Assembly (NCBI GenBank): GCA_963762345.1
Contig: CAVXKI010000002.1
Coordinates: 370-64,369 of the forward strand
Origin: an uncultured Candidatus Micrarchaeota archaeon
GTDB lineage: Archaea; Micrarchaeota; Micrarchaeia; Micrarchaeales; Micrarchaeaceae
Length of the DNA: 64,000 bases
Direction of reading: 5' to 3'
Below are positions 9,907-19,583 of the stretch, piece by piece (the stretch's first letter is position 1; each line of letters starts with the position of its first letter). Below the pieces are notes generated by a model. The model was not told where the DNA came from. It was given only the letters and a program-made list of their open reading frames with translations, and did no database searches. Made by a program: the position numbers and the translations under genes.

Positions 9907-10739
9907 TATATGACCTCTTCTCTTATCGACTTCGTTATCTGCTCCGTTGCAGTGGAATATGGTATCAGGTATTCGGGCTCGACAAACCTGAGTATCGCGT
10001 TTCCTGTTATGATGCTCGGTGTCACGCCGAATGTCGCCGCTATTCCGGACATTGCCTCCCGAGATCTTTGCTGCACTCCTGTTATCGCCTGGAATTCCGT
10101 CGAGCCAGTTGCAGAGAGCGATGCGTAGCTCACCAATTCAAGCGACACGACCTTGCTGACGTTGTCAAGCGTGTGGTGCCACATGCTGGACTTGCCCCTT
10201 GTCCTGCTGATTTCCTGGTCTGTTGCATTCTTCTGCAACAGGCCTGCTTCCTCGAGCTCTGCGGCGCTTGCCGTGCTTCTCAGCGTGTTTATGTAGTCGT
10301 CCTTGTTCATTATGTGGAGCTGGGTTGTGAGCCTCATCGGCGCTTCGCTCGAGCTCACAATGCGCGAGAGCTGGTTCGTGAATGTAAGCTTCTCTTCATC
10401 GGTCATCTCTGTGCCAGACCTGTATACGGGAATCTTTATGAAGACGGTTGCGATGAAGTCCTCTCCTTCCTTGTGTATTATCGAATCTGCTGTAGATGAT
10501 AGCCAGTATGCGTCCTCTGTGTTCAGCACCAGGTCGCGCTTCCTTTGCTTGAGTATGGGCCCGAGCAGGTAGGAATAGAATCTTGTTGAAAAGGCGCACG
10601 CGTCGAAGAATAGCACTGCCAGGAGTATCAGTATCTTGTAGACCGGCGCCAGGAAATTCGGCGATATCGAGATTATCGTGATTAGCAGCACTATCGATAT
10701 GCCGAGGAATCCAAGAAATATGAATATGCGATTATCCAT
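9906..10739 (-). CDS. 2-TM membrane protein with cytoplasmic domain, same architecture as 9075-9906
   Basis: 277 aa with two N-terminal TM helices, then a soluble domain. Stop/start overlaps the next gene at 9906. Confidence 0.6.
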   Translation of the reverse strand: MDNRIFIFLGFLGISIVLLITIISISPNFLAPVYKILILLAVLFFDACAFSTRFYSYLLGPILKQRKRDLVLNTEDAYWLSSTADSIIHKEGEDFIATVFIKIPVYRSGTEMTDEEKLTFTNQLSRIVSSSEAPMRLTTQLHIMNKDDYINTLRSTASAAELEEAGLLQKNATDQEISRTRGKSSMWHHTLDNVSKVVSLELVSYASLSATGSTEFQAITGVQQRSREAMSGIAATFGVTPSIITGNAILRFVEPEYLIPYSTATEQITKSIREEVI

Positions 10740-10783
10740 TAAGCTCAGCTTTTATTGGAGATAAATATGGGATAAAACCTTTT

Positions 10784-10801
10784 AAGCTGTTTGCACAGCT
10801 T
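10784..10801 (-). promoter_or_regulatory. intergenic hairpin between the membrane-protein block and the ATPase block
   Basis: AAGCTGT-ttgc-ACAGCTT perfect 7-bp stem in the only sizeable gap (10740-10835) of this part of the array. ATATTTAT lies downstream on the minus strand. Confidence 0.3.
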
Positions 10802-10835
10802 GATTGACCTGTTTGCTTTGCACTTGTCTGCGACG

Positions 10836-12110
10836 CTATATGAAACCAGCCCTTAGTCTCCCTCCCATCTGCGCGGATGCGCCCACGAAGTTCGCTACCT
10901 GCGTCACGAAGGTGTAGGTCAGCGCTGTAATTAGTATGGGATAGAATATCGCCTGCAGCCAGAGCGGTGACAGCACGCTCGCTATGGGGCCGAATGTTGA
11001 ACATATGAATGATGGGAAGACGTTGACGCCGCCGCACGCATTGTAACTGAGCGTTGTCGGATACGGATTCACGCTTGGAGAGTAGAGTAGCGCAAAAAGT
11101 ACAGGCGCGACTACAAAGAAGCCTATTCCTGTTGAGATCAGTATGCCGCCCAAAGCCCTGGTCGGGAGGAATGCCCTGAATATTATTCCTAGGGTCACGA
11201 ACACCGGGCCTACGAACGAGAAGAACAGTATTAGATAATACAGGGCCCATAGCACAAAGAGCCCATCGTTCAGGAATGCCAAGACCACGGTCTCGGGAAG
11301 CTGCAGGTCAGCGTATATGAAGGTCCTATAGATGGGCAGCACGTTGCCCAACGCAAACTGGACGATAGCGGTAAATATGTTGCTGGATATGTAACCGCTC
11401 CCTGCCGAAATTTGCACTGCCCATGTGGTGTACGCGCTGAGGAACACGAAGTTCGTGCTTCCCGTGACCGCGCCGCCGACAGGATTGATTAATGCGGGCG
11501 TGGAGCCCGAGACGTATGGGCACGGAGGCCCGGATGGCTGGCTGCCTGTGCCGAGCGGAGGTGGGGGCGGAGGCGCCTGTCCTATTGAAGAACCGCCATT
11601 CCCGTAAAGCACGCAGTCGTATTCTATTTGTATGGTGTTGATGGTGTAAAGTATCGCGCTTGTCGAGAGCACATACGGATCCGTAGTTGCTGGAACAGAG
11701 CTGCCTGGCGAGAACAGGCCCAACAAAGTCACGGGTATGGTCTGGACAAGGAGGCCTGCGATCAGCAGCGCAGAGCCCACGATTATGGCTGTGGCTAGCG
11801 CCTCGTAGAGCTCACCTACGCCGAAGCTTCTTATCCTTTCGTTCTTCGATGCGGTGCCGACCATGAATATTATCGCGGCTATGGTAAATGACAGAAGAAC
11901 AGCAATGACAGCTATAGGCAGCATGCCGTTCCACGTGTTGCATATCTCGTTCTGTATCGGCTGGCCTGTCGGTGCAGCGCAGCTGCTGGGTCCTGCTGCA
12001 CCCGCCGTGAGAGAAATATATGAAAGCATAATTATTGCAATCACTGATAGACGCAACGCTAGGGAAGAGATGAATTTTTTATTGATATGCCTTGAGTTCA
12101 TTTCCATCAT
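10836..12110 (-). CDS. polytopic membrane protein, paralog family member 1 (candidate VirB6/CedA-like channel component)
   Basis: 424 aa with a signal peptide, the TM-loop-TM motif SKNERIRSFGVGELYEALATAII, a large ecto-loop with a PPPPPP tract, and the family motif GIIFRAFLPTRALGGILISTGIGFFVVAP. Confidence 0.6.
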   Translation of the reverse strand: MMEMNSRHINKKFISSLALRLSVIAIIMLSYISLTAGAAGPSSCAAPTGQPIQNEICNTWNGMLPIAVIAVLLSFTIAAIIFMVGTASKNERIRSFGVGELYEALATAIIVGSALLIAGLLVQTIPVTLLGLFSPGSSVPATTDPYVLSTSAILYTINTIQIEYDCVLYGNGGSSIGQAPPPPPPLGTGSQPSGPPCPYVSGSTPALINPVGGAVTGSTNFVFLSAYTTWAVQISAGSGYISSNIFTAIVQFALGNVLPIYRTFIYADLQLPETVVLAFLNDGLFVLWALYYLILFFSFVGPVFVTLGIIFRAFLPTRALGGILISTGIGFFVVAPVLFALLYSPSVNPYPTTLSYNACGGVNVFPSFICSTFGPIASVLSPLWLQAIFYPILITALTYTFVTQVANFVGASAQMGGRLRAGFI

Positions 12111-13243
12111 ATTACATTTATAAGCAATGACATGAAGTCTACTCTCTCTCCTATCGACTTCGAGAAGTCGACTATGAAAGCATCTACTATTGTGAAATTG
12201 AGGAATGGTATGAACGTCAATCCAGCTATGGCCATCGCCAGCGGGAAGATCCAGCTTCCTGCCGGAGGCGCCTGGTAGAATATCGCCTCTACTGTAGAGG
12301 TGATCAGGCTCGTTATTATCGCGGAGCCCGTTATGCTGCTCGACCCGTTGACATTCGCCATGCTAAGCTGCGTGTTCACGAATCCGTATGTCATAATTGT
12401 CATCAGTGGATATATGATGCCCAAGCCTATGCCCATGGCTATCATCGCGCCGCCGAAGGTCCTTGAGAAGCCGAACGACCTCGCTATCACGCCAAGAGAA
12501 ACGAAAAACGCAAGCCAGAGCAGCGAGCCCGAGATAAGCAGCACCTGCACCTGGAGCAGCACGAACAATATCAGTATGCTTGAGAAGACAGTAGCGAACA
12601 TGACCTCGGCGGGGATGGGTATGAAGCTGCCCAAGCTGCCGCTAGCGGAAGCTACGGTACTTCCATCCTTTAGGGTACTGGTGATGGATACGCCGGTTGT
12701 GACACCCATGTATACCGTCACCTCATAAATCCCTTCGAAGACGCCGTACGTAAAGTGGTTGAACTCTGATATGTCGCATGTTGCAAGTGTGAATATGTCA
12801 AATGCTTGAGAACAGTCAAACTCTCCTGTATATACTGTGGCAGTGGGTAGGAGCCCTATTGCTGATAGCACTGGCTGCGGGTTGAGGAAGAAGATGAAGA
12901 CGAAGAAGAGGAATATCAGTATGAAGATGATTGACAGTATCGCCTCGTATATTTGGAAGCGCGCCCATCCCCTGGCGTTCGGGCTGTCTATCAGCCCAGC
13001 AAGCATGTAGACGATAACTGCAAACGCTATCACTATCAGGATCACGAGCGCGGCAACGCCGACCCACGAACCTGGAAGTATAGGCAGCGTGTATTGCAGG
13101 ATTGCGATTCCCGATTTTGGAACGAGCCCCGTACTCTGTGCGCCAGACACAGCGGCCGATGCCAGCAGCGCCATCAGCAGGAGCGCTGCGCTGCGCTTCC
13201 ACGACAGGGCGCCTGCAATCTTATTCTTTATTTTTTCTATCAT
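12107..13243 (-). CDS. polytopic membrane protein, paralog 2
   Basis: 378 aa with a signal peptide (AAVSGAQS), SPNARGWARFQIYEAILSIIF, and the family motif GVIARSFGFSRTFGGAMIAMGIGLGIIYP. 4-nt overlap with the downstream gene. Confidence 0.6.
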   Translation of the reverse strand: MIEKIKNKIAGALSWKRSAALLLMALLASAAVSGAQSTGLVPKSGIAILQYTLPILPGSWVGVAALVILIVIAFAVIVYMLAGLIDSPNARGWARFQIYEAILSIIFILIFLFFVFIFFLNPQPVLSAIGLLPTATVYTGEFDCSQAFDIFTLATCDISEFNHFTYGVFEGIYEVTVYMGVTTGVSITSTLKDGSTVASASGSLGSFIPIPAEVMFATVFSSILILFVLLQVQVLLISGSLLWLAFFVSLGVIARSFGFSRTFGGAMIAMGIGLGIIYPLMTIMTYGFVNTQLSMANVNGSSSITGSAIITSLITSTVEAIFYQAPPAGSWIFPLAMAIAGLTFIPFLNFTIVDAFIVDFSKSIGERVDFMSLLINVI

Positions 13244-13253
13244 CTAGATCATT

Positions 13254-14388
13254 TCATATCAATTTTCTAAGCGTGTGCTGCGAACTGAGGCTCGGCGAGC
13301 CCAGCAGGTCCCCTACCGCCTCCATGAAATCGAATGATAATATCAGCGACAGCAGGAAAGCGACCACAATGTAAAACATCTGGCCTACGACCGTGCCTAT
13401 GAGTTCCTCGATCACGTTGAGCCCGATGAGGTTTGACTGCGGCACCCAGAAGTTTGAACTTGGAGAGACTGAGCCCAGCAGCGACTGTGTAGAGTAGGAG
13501 GAGAACTGTATGGACGTGAGGCTCACCTGCCCCAGCAGCAGGTACAGCATCAGCGGGAAGAGCACGTAGAACGCGATGAAGAATCCGAGGAATGCGCCGC
13601 CTGCCGCCCTGCTGAACGGGAGAGTACGGAACACGATCCCGAGATACAGGAACAGTGGCGCTATCTTGAAGAAGATGGCGAGTATAGCTGCGCCTGCCAA
13701 CGGTATGACAAACATGAAGTAAAGTATGTTCATAAGGTCGAATATAGGTATCAGCACGAAACCGTATCCACGGTACGGTTGCACTAAGAATCCGTAGTTG
13801 TTGTCTTTTGCGCTCAACTGTAAGCTCGATACAAATGACACCTCATCGCTTACAACATACATGGACAGTATGTCGTTTATCACCGTTATGCTGGCGCCTC
13901 CGAGGTTTCCGCAGTCCGTAGTGAATATGCTAGGCGACAGCGTGCCGGGGCTGATCGCAAGATAGTTGCTAGACGTCGGCAGCGAGCCTACCGCGAGGAA
14001 TGTGCCGAGGAATATCAGCACGATCAGCCCGGTGAGCGCGACCTCGCCGATCTCGGTCCTTCCCAAAAGAGACGAGCCTGCCCACCTTGAACGCGGATCC
14101 TATCAGGTAACATAACGCAGCTATGTTCAGCATGACGAGCAGCGCAAGCAATGATATGAATATTACGTTGTTGGCGCCGACAACGGCCGGGCTTGTGCCG
14201 GACCCGCTCAGCGGGATGGAGCCGGAGAAAAGGCTGGAACAGAAATCGCCGGCGGTATACGCTGGCGCTGAGTACTGCGCTCCCGCGACGGTTGTGACGG
14301 CGAGAAGCGCGATAAGCCCTAGCGCTGCTAGCTTGAGCGAACGCGGCACGGTTTTTTGCTTGCTAGTTTTCATTTTCATAATCGCCAC
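13254..14388 (-). pseudogene. polytopic membrane protein, paralog 3 (one frameshift near 14066-14072)
   Basis: ORFs 13969-14388 and 13254-14066 join as ...IGSAFKVGRLVS-LLGRTEIGEVALTGLIV... across a T4/A4 run. Family motif GIVFRTLPFSRAAGGAFLGFFIAFYVLFP. Confidence 0.6.
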
Positions 14389-16034
14389 TATACAAATCTT
14401 GAAAGCCCTGCCAGCTGGACGTCACCTCCCAGAAGGCCGGACAGGCCGAGCATCGATGCTATCGTTATCAGTATGTTGAGTATCGGGAGGAAATATCCCG
14501 CCACTCCGTCTACCCCGTATATCTGTGGAACTGAAAAGTCCATGCCCTCCCCTCCTGAGAATATTCCCAGCCCTGTTGTGGGCGAGGTCTGGCCAGTATA
14601 ACCGCCATAGTTGCAGAACTCTACCGTGCCCTGCGCCGCATTGGCGAAGCTCTGCTCGGTGTCGACGCTTGTGCTCACACCGTAGAAGAATCCGCCTATG
14701 GCTCCTGCCGGATTTGATGCGAATGAAGATATCAGGCCCGCTGCATTGTTGGCGAGGTCTCCCCACCAGAATGTGGTTGTGAGCGCCATATCCTCTGCGT
14801 TATTGTTCACGACTTCCCCGAGGCTGCCGCCGCCGGGGTAGCAGCCGCAGTCCTGCGCCACGCCTGCCAGGCTCGGCAGCGCGAAATAGTTCACCTGGTA
14901 TGAATATGCATTACTGCCGCAGAAAGTCAGCTGCGTCGAAGGCGATGACGGGAAGAGCGCCGGGTTGTTGGATGCAAGGTACTCTATACCCAGCACTGTT
15001 GGATAGATCAGGATTGCGCTTAGCGCTACCGCAATGAGAATGCCCCCGAGTTTCCTCGTGAAGAACAGCCCCCTAAGCGCAAGGCCGGCGAACAGCAGCC
15101 AAGGCCATGAGTAAAGCAGTATGTCCTCGAAGAGCAGCTGCATGTCTGCTATGACCAGTGAGTTATAGAGCAGGCCAGATATGTTTTGTATCGGCTTGTC
15201 GAACTGATCTGCGCCGTACAGCGGCCTTGCAGCCCACTGCACATAAAGGTTCGGTGAAGGCGCAAAAGGTATTGGCGGCAGGAAATTGACGAATGGAAGC
15301 GATGAGCATACGCCGAGTCCGCCGACGCAGATTGCAATGGTCGGAGTGAAAGTGTTCAGATATTCTAGATATGCATCGATTATGAATGCATCGTTGAGGC
15401 CCTGGCCCAGCTGGTTCATGACGTTTGCGTTTATAACCATTGCGGATGCGAGCGGGAACTCTGCGAGCGTTGTGCCGTCGTCGCCTATGTTGGCGCCGCT
15501 GTCAGTTACGGTTGCAACTATGCTGCAGGGAGTGGGTGCATGTGACGCCGGTGCCGATCCGGAAGTCGGCAGCAGGAACGGTCCGCCGAGCAGAGATGAT
15601 ACTGTGTCGAAGGTGGCGGTGCCGAACACTGGCAATCCGTTAGGGGTTGGCGGACACCCAAGTTGCTGCGACATCGTATAGATCTGCCCCTGCTGTAGGA
15701 CAGTGGGATATCCCGGAATGCCCTGCACGGAGTTATAGTATATGGTGCCGAAGGCGAGCAGGAAAGCGAGTATCAGCCCTCCTATTATTGCTGTGCCGAC
15801 GACCTGGAGGGCTTCGGCCCTGGCGCCAGCCTTCAGCTGCTGGCTGGAGAGCAGCGCGCCTATCATGTACCAGATCGCGACTATCAGCGCATCTATGGTT
15901 ATTGCAAGTATGACTAGGGGAAACATGTATGATTGCGCAGTTGTGAACGCGCCGGTCGGCGCAGCGGTTGCAAGCAGCGCCAGGCTCCCGCTTGCGCCGG
16001 AAAGCGCAGATACCAAGGTGCTTGTCAATATCAT
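14388..16034 (-). CDS. polytopic membrane protein, paralog 4
   Basis: 548 aa with SSQQLKAGARAEALQVVGTAIIGG, a long ecto-loop, and the family motif GLALRGLFFTRKLGGILIAVALSAILIYP. Confidence 0.6.
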   Translation of the reverse strand: MILTSTLVSALSGASGSLALLATAAPTGAFTTAQSYMFPLVILAITIDALIVAIWYMIGALLSSQQLKAGARAEALQVVGTAIIGGLILAFLLAFGTIYYNSVQGIPGYPTVLQQGQIYTMSQQLGCPPTPNGLPVFGTATFDTVSSLLGGPFLLPTSGSAPASHAPTPCSIVATVTDSGANIGDDGTTLAEFPLASAMVINANVMNQLGQGLNDAFIIDAYLEYLNTFTPTIAICVGGLGVCSSLPFVNFLPPIPFAPSPNLYVQWAARPLYGADQFDKPIQNISGLLYNSLVIADMQLLFEDILLYSWPWLLFAGLALRGLFFTRKLGGILIAVALSAILIYPTVLGIEYLASNNPALFPSSPSTQLTFCGSNAYSYQVNYFALPSLAGVAQDCGCYPGGGSLGEVVNNNAEDMALTTTFWWGDLANNAAGLISSFASNPAGAIGGFFYGVSTSVDTEQSFANAAQGTVEFCNYGGYTGQTSPTTGLGIFSGGEGMDFSVPQIYGVDGVAGYFLPILNILITIASMLGLSGLLGGDVQLAGLSRFV

Positions 16035-16039
16035 TCACA

Positions 16040-17353
16040 TCACATCAAACATTTGACCAGAAGCTCGCCGCCCCCTCTATCCCACCGTTGAGCGCTTTCG
16101 CGAGGCCTGCCGCGAATCCGAGCGTTACCGTCAAGTTCATCGCGAACAGAATCGTAACTGAAAACAGGAATTCGGCAAGCTCCAGCGATATGTATTGCTA
16201 CTGACTGTATGGTGTCGTTGCCGTCGAATCCCAACGTGTTCGTGATTGAGTCTGCACTCTGGCCGAACAGCGAAGTCAGCGTACCGATAACGGCGCTCGG
16301 CGACTGCGCGAATATGTTTGGCAGCTGGACGCCGAATACGGTCATGCTTCCGGCTACCGGCGGATTGAGGTTGCCGAACGTGTCGGGCGTGTACGAGACA
16401 TCGAGATAATTGAAAGAGGGATTGCACGTTGCCGTGACGACCTGGGCGCCGCCAGTGGCAGGGGGGATACATGGAGTGAACATCCATGCAATCGCGTAAG
16501 AATCGAAGACTATCATGACCGGATATATTATATAGAGCGCTATCGATGCAGCGAGCACAGAATTCGCGGCGAGCCTGAGCGTACCTCCCGAAAACGCCAG
16601 TGATCTTAGCACCAGCGCGACTGGAAGCAGCACGGTGAAGGCGGCCAGCTGCGACATCGCGAGTATGAGGTACTGCACAAGCATTATGGCAATGCCAAGA
16701 GTTGTGAGCGGCGCGTATGCGTCGATAAAGGCATCTGTGAGTATGCTGTACGGCGCGCCGAGATCAGCATTTATAGGTAATTCGAAGCAAACGCCGGTGA
16801 CCTGGCCCACGGAATCGGCGCATTCGGGGGGAATCTGGAAAGTGGGGATCACGTCGGATAACTGCGTGTAAACGGTATACCACATTAGGCTTATCAGGCC
16901 GAACGCATACGAATAAGCATCTACCTGTATCCCAAGCAATGGGCCTATGTTGAATGCGTACTGGCCGATGTAGCTTTCTGAATAGGAAAACGGATCGGAC
17001 TGCGCAGACAGGGGGATTACGGGCTGGGCGAGCGCCGGGCATGGGATCCCGTTGTTGCAGTAGCCGAAGGTGGGCGCGGCTGTCTTGATCGTCTGGGTCA
17101 TCTGCGCTATCGTGTTGCTTATCGAGGAGGTCGCGGAGCAGAGCGATGATGTCACGGCGAAAAGAAGCGCAAGTATGAAGATGCTTATGAATATCTGCGT
17201 CAGCTCTGTCTTTGTTATGCCTGTGATCTTTGCCTTCGTGTTTGATGGGAGGGTACGGCTCAGCAGGTATACGAGGGTGATGATCAGGATCGATATCAGT
17301 ATCACTATCCCGTTGATTCCGAGCCAACTTGTTCCATAGTCACAGGTTAACAT
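16040..17353 (-). CDS. polytopic membrane protein, paralog 5 (most divergent motif)
   Basis: 437 aa with SNTKAKITGITKTELTQIFISIF and the motif ALVLRSLAFSGGTLRLAANSVLAASIALYIIYP. Confidence 0.55.
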   Translation of the reverse strand: MLTCDYGTSWLGINGIVILISILIITLVYLLSRTLPSNTKAKITGITKTELTQIFISIFILALLFAVTSSLCSATSSISNTIAQMTQTIKTAAPTFGYCNNGIPCPALAQPVIPLSAQSDPFSYSESYIGQYAFNIGPLLGIQVDAYSYAFGLISLMWYTVYTQLSDVIPTFQIPPECADSVGQVTGVCFELPINADLGAPYSILTDAFIDAYAPLTTLGIAIMLVQYLILAMSQLAAFTVLLPVALVLRSLAFSGGTLRLAANSVLAASIALYIIYPVMIVFDSYAIAWMFTPCIPPATGGAQVVTATCNPSFNYLDVSYTPDTFGNLNPPVAGSMTVFGVQLPNIFAQSPSAVIGTLTSLFGQSADSITNTLGFDGNDTIQSVAIHIAGACRIPVFSYDSVRDELDGNARIRGRPRESAQRWDRGGGELLVKCLM

Positions 17354-17364
17354 TCATCATCACG

Positions 17365-18651
17365 CTATGAAATCTTCATGCCGCCTATGCCGAGCCTCAG
17401 GCTTCCGCCGAGAGCCCTCGCCGTGTTCGTTGCGACTATAATGCCGACTATGAGATCCAGCACGAACAGTATGAATTGCAATGCGACCACATTGGCATAG
17501 GCAAAGAATGGAGTGAGCACGTCGGTAAAGTCGCCGCTGAAGAATGCATCGAGTGCACCGTCATATCCTGCATTGAAAGCCGCAACATCGTTCTCGTTGG
17601 GGGGTTCGTTTGCATACAACGACGCAAGGATGGGCAACGTGGGTACCGCTGCCAGAGTGGTAACAACAGAGCACAAGCTAGGAATCAGCGGAGGGCACGG
17701 ATTTGCGGGTTGCGCTGTCGCGGCGTTAGGGAATGTCGGCGAAAAGAATGCAACAACCGGCGCATTGAACAGCGCCAGGAGCGCAGGATAAATAATCGCC
17801 ATCGCAATGGCCATCGCTATGAGGGATGCGCCAAGCGGCCTTAGAAACGGGGTAGCCCTGAATATCAGGCCTAGCGGCAGCAATATGCCGAGTGCTACCT
17901 GCACAAGCGCAGTGAAAAGGTATATTTGCGCACCTGTTACAATCAGCATCGGGAATATGAGTAGATTGAGCGCATCCTTTTCCACGGTCGCCCCTTTTGC
18001 TATGTTTGTATCAAGGATTTCGCTCTGGAACGGCTGGTAGGTCAGGCCGAGGTTTATGCTCCCCCATATCTTCCCGGCATCGAGCGCCACTGGCGGAATT
18101 GTATACGTGAAATACTGGTAGAGCCATATGCCCTTGAGAAATTCGGAGCCGAAAGCTATGCCCATGAGGTTGTTGTATGCCTCGTTCACATAGTTTATGG
18201 CACCTGGTCCGCTTGGATATCCCGAAAGGAAGTAGTATGCGTTCTGGTAGAGGTTGGTTATCCCAGCAGCGGGATTGGTGAGCGTGCCAAGCGGAGCGCC
18301 AGGCACCAGCGAGGTCAGAGCGCCGAAAACTATTATTATCGAGAGTATGGCGCCTACTATTAGTATGCTCTTCACCGATTCCCATAATTCTCCCCTGTAC
18401 CAGCCCTTGAACGTCTGTATGTCAAGGACTTCTCCCAAAAGGTATGCGAACGCAACCATGGTGAAAGATAGCAGCAGTGCGACGAACACGAAGGGAAGCG
18501 TCGAATTTATGCAATCGCTGAGGTTGGTCGACGACGCTGTTGATGTTGCACAGTAGAAGCTGCTGAATAAGGTCGGCTGTGCGGCAGTGACCCCCTGTAG
18601 TGCTATGAAAAAGATGATCGCGAGCAGTGCAAGTCTCATTTTTGAGAGCAT
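17365..18651 (-). CDS. polytopic membrane protein, paralog 6
   Basis: 428 aa with a signal peptide (GVTAAQP), DIQTFKGWYRGELWESVKSILIVG, and the motif GLIFRATPFLRPLGASLIAMAIAMAIIYP. Confidence 0.6.
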   Translation of the reverse strand: MLSKMRLALLAIIFFIALQGVTAAQPTLFSSFYCATSTASSTNLSDCINSTLPFVFVALLLSFTMVAFAYLLGEVLDIQTFKGWYRGELWESVKSILIVGAILSIIIVFGALTSLVPGAPLGTLTNPAAGITNLYQNAYYFLSGYPSGPGAINYVNEAYNNLMGIAFGSEFLKGIWLYQYFTYTIPPVALDAGKIWGSINLGLTYQPFQSEILDTNIAKGATVEKDALNLLIFPMLIVTGAQIYLFTALVQVALGILLPLGLIFRATPFLRPLGASLIAMAIAMAIIYPALLALFNAPVVAFFSPTFPNAATAQPANPCPPLIPSLCSVVTTLAAVPTLPILASLYANEPPNENDVAAFNAGYDGALDAFFSGDFTDVLTPFFAYANVVALQFILFVLDLIVGIIVATNTARALGGSLRLGIGGMKIS

Positions 18652-18709
18652 ACTTTCTATTGCTTTAAGAAGGTATTTATATTATTCTGAGGTTTGCCTC
18701 TCGGTATCT

Positions 18710-19441
18710 TCATCTCTTGAGAAGTCCGAACCTTCCCATGTACGATTGGCTCTGCAGCACGACAAGGAACGGCATTATGAACAGGGAATTGAACACAAGT
18801 ATCAGGTATCTTGAGAGTATGGTGCCTCCTATTGCTATGAAAAGATAGTCGAAAACGCTGAGCAGCACCAGCGCAACCACAAACCACAATATCACGAAGT
18901 CGAATCTCTTGAAGAAGAAGGAGGCGCTCTGCCTCATTGCGCGGTATATGCCCTTCTCATCGATTACTATTGAAGCGGGAGCATAGAAGAAGAACGGAAG
19001 TATCACAAGGGAGACTATGGCGCTTATGGACTCGGTGATGCCAAGCATGTACATCGCGACATCGAATAGCACCACTATCGCTGCGTAGAGGAGAAGGACT
19101 AAGAACACGTTTGCGGTGTACTTCTCAAGCCCGTCCATGACCTCTTTCCTTATCCTTGTCTGCGTCCTGCTGTGCTTCACTATCACGTTTATGGCAACCA
19201 TCGCAAAGCTCAGGAACAGCAGCGATAGGAGTATGGAGAATATTATTACCGCTGCGGTGAACGGAGTCAGGTTGATGAGGATGCTTGACAGCCTGAGGAA
19301 TATCGCGCCGATATCGTTGAAAGTTGGAAAGGAAGCGAATATGGGTATGAGGAATGCGATTATGAAGGATATGGAGAATACGAGTATCATTGGAAGGTGC
19401 GTTGTGTAGATCTCCATCGAGTACTTAAGCGTGTTCTTCAT
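18710..19441 (-). CDS. ~6-TM integral membrane protein, unknown function
   Basis: 243 aa, very hydrophobic. First gene after the pilin terminator. TTTATATT lies about 35 nt upstream of its ATG. Confidence 0.5.
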   Translation of the reverse strand: MKNTLKYSMEIYTTHLPMILVFSISFIIAFLIPIFASFPTFNDIGAIFLRLSSILINLTPFTAAVIIFSILLSLLFLSFAMVAINVIVKHSRTQTRIRKEVMDGLEKYTANVFLVLLLYAAIVVLFDVAMYMLGITESISAIVSLVILPFFFYAPASIVIDEKGIYRAMRQSASFFFKRFDFVILWFVVALVLLSVFDYLFIAIGGTILSRYLILVFNSLFIMPFLVVLQSQSYMGRFGLLKR

Positions 19442-19494
19442 AAAACCACAGATAAGATGCTTTAGATGGTAAAGAATATAAAGCGTGCACTACG

Positions 19495-19555
19495 CCGATG
19501 AAAGAAGAAAAAGCAGAAAATAAAAGATTAAAAGGTGCAAAGCCTAGGCTTTGCA
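19495..19555 (-). terminator. strong terminator after the small pilin-like gene
   Basis: Perfect 9-bp hairpin TGCAAAGCC-ta-GGCTTTGCA (19536-19555), followed on the minus strand by a T-rich tract CCTTTTAATCTTTTATTTTCTGCTTTTTCTTCTTTC. Confidence 0.6.
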
Positions 19556-19583
19556 TCATGCCTCGCCGCAGAGCGTTGTGCTT

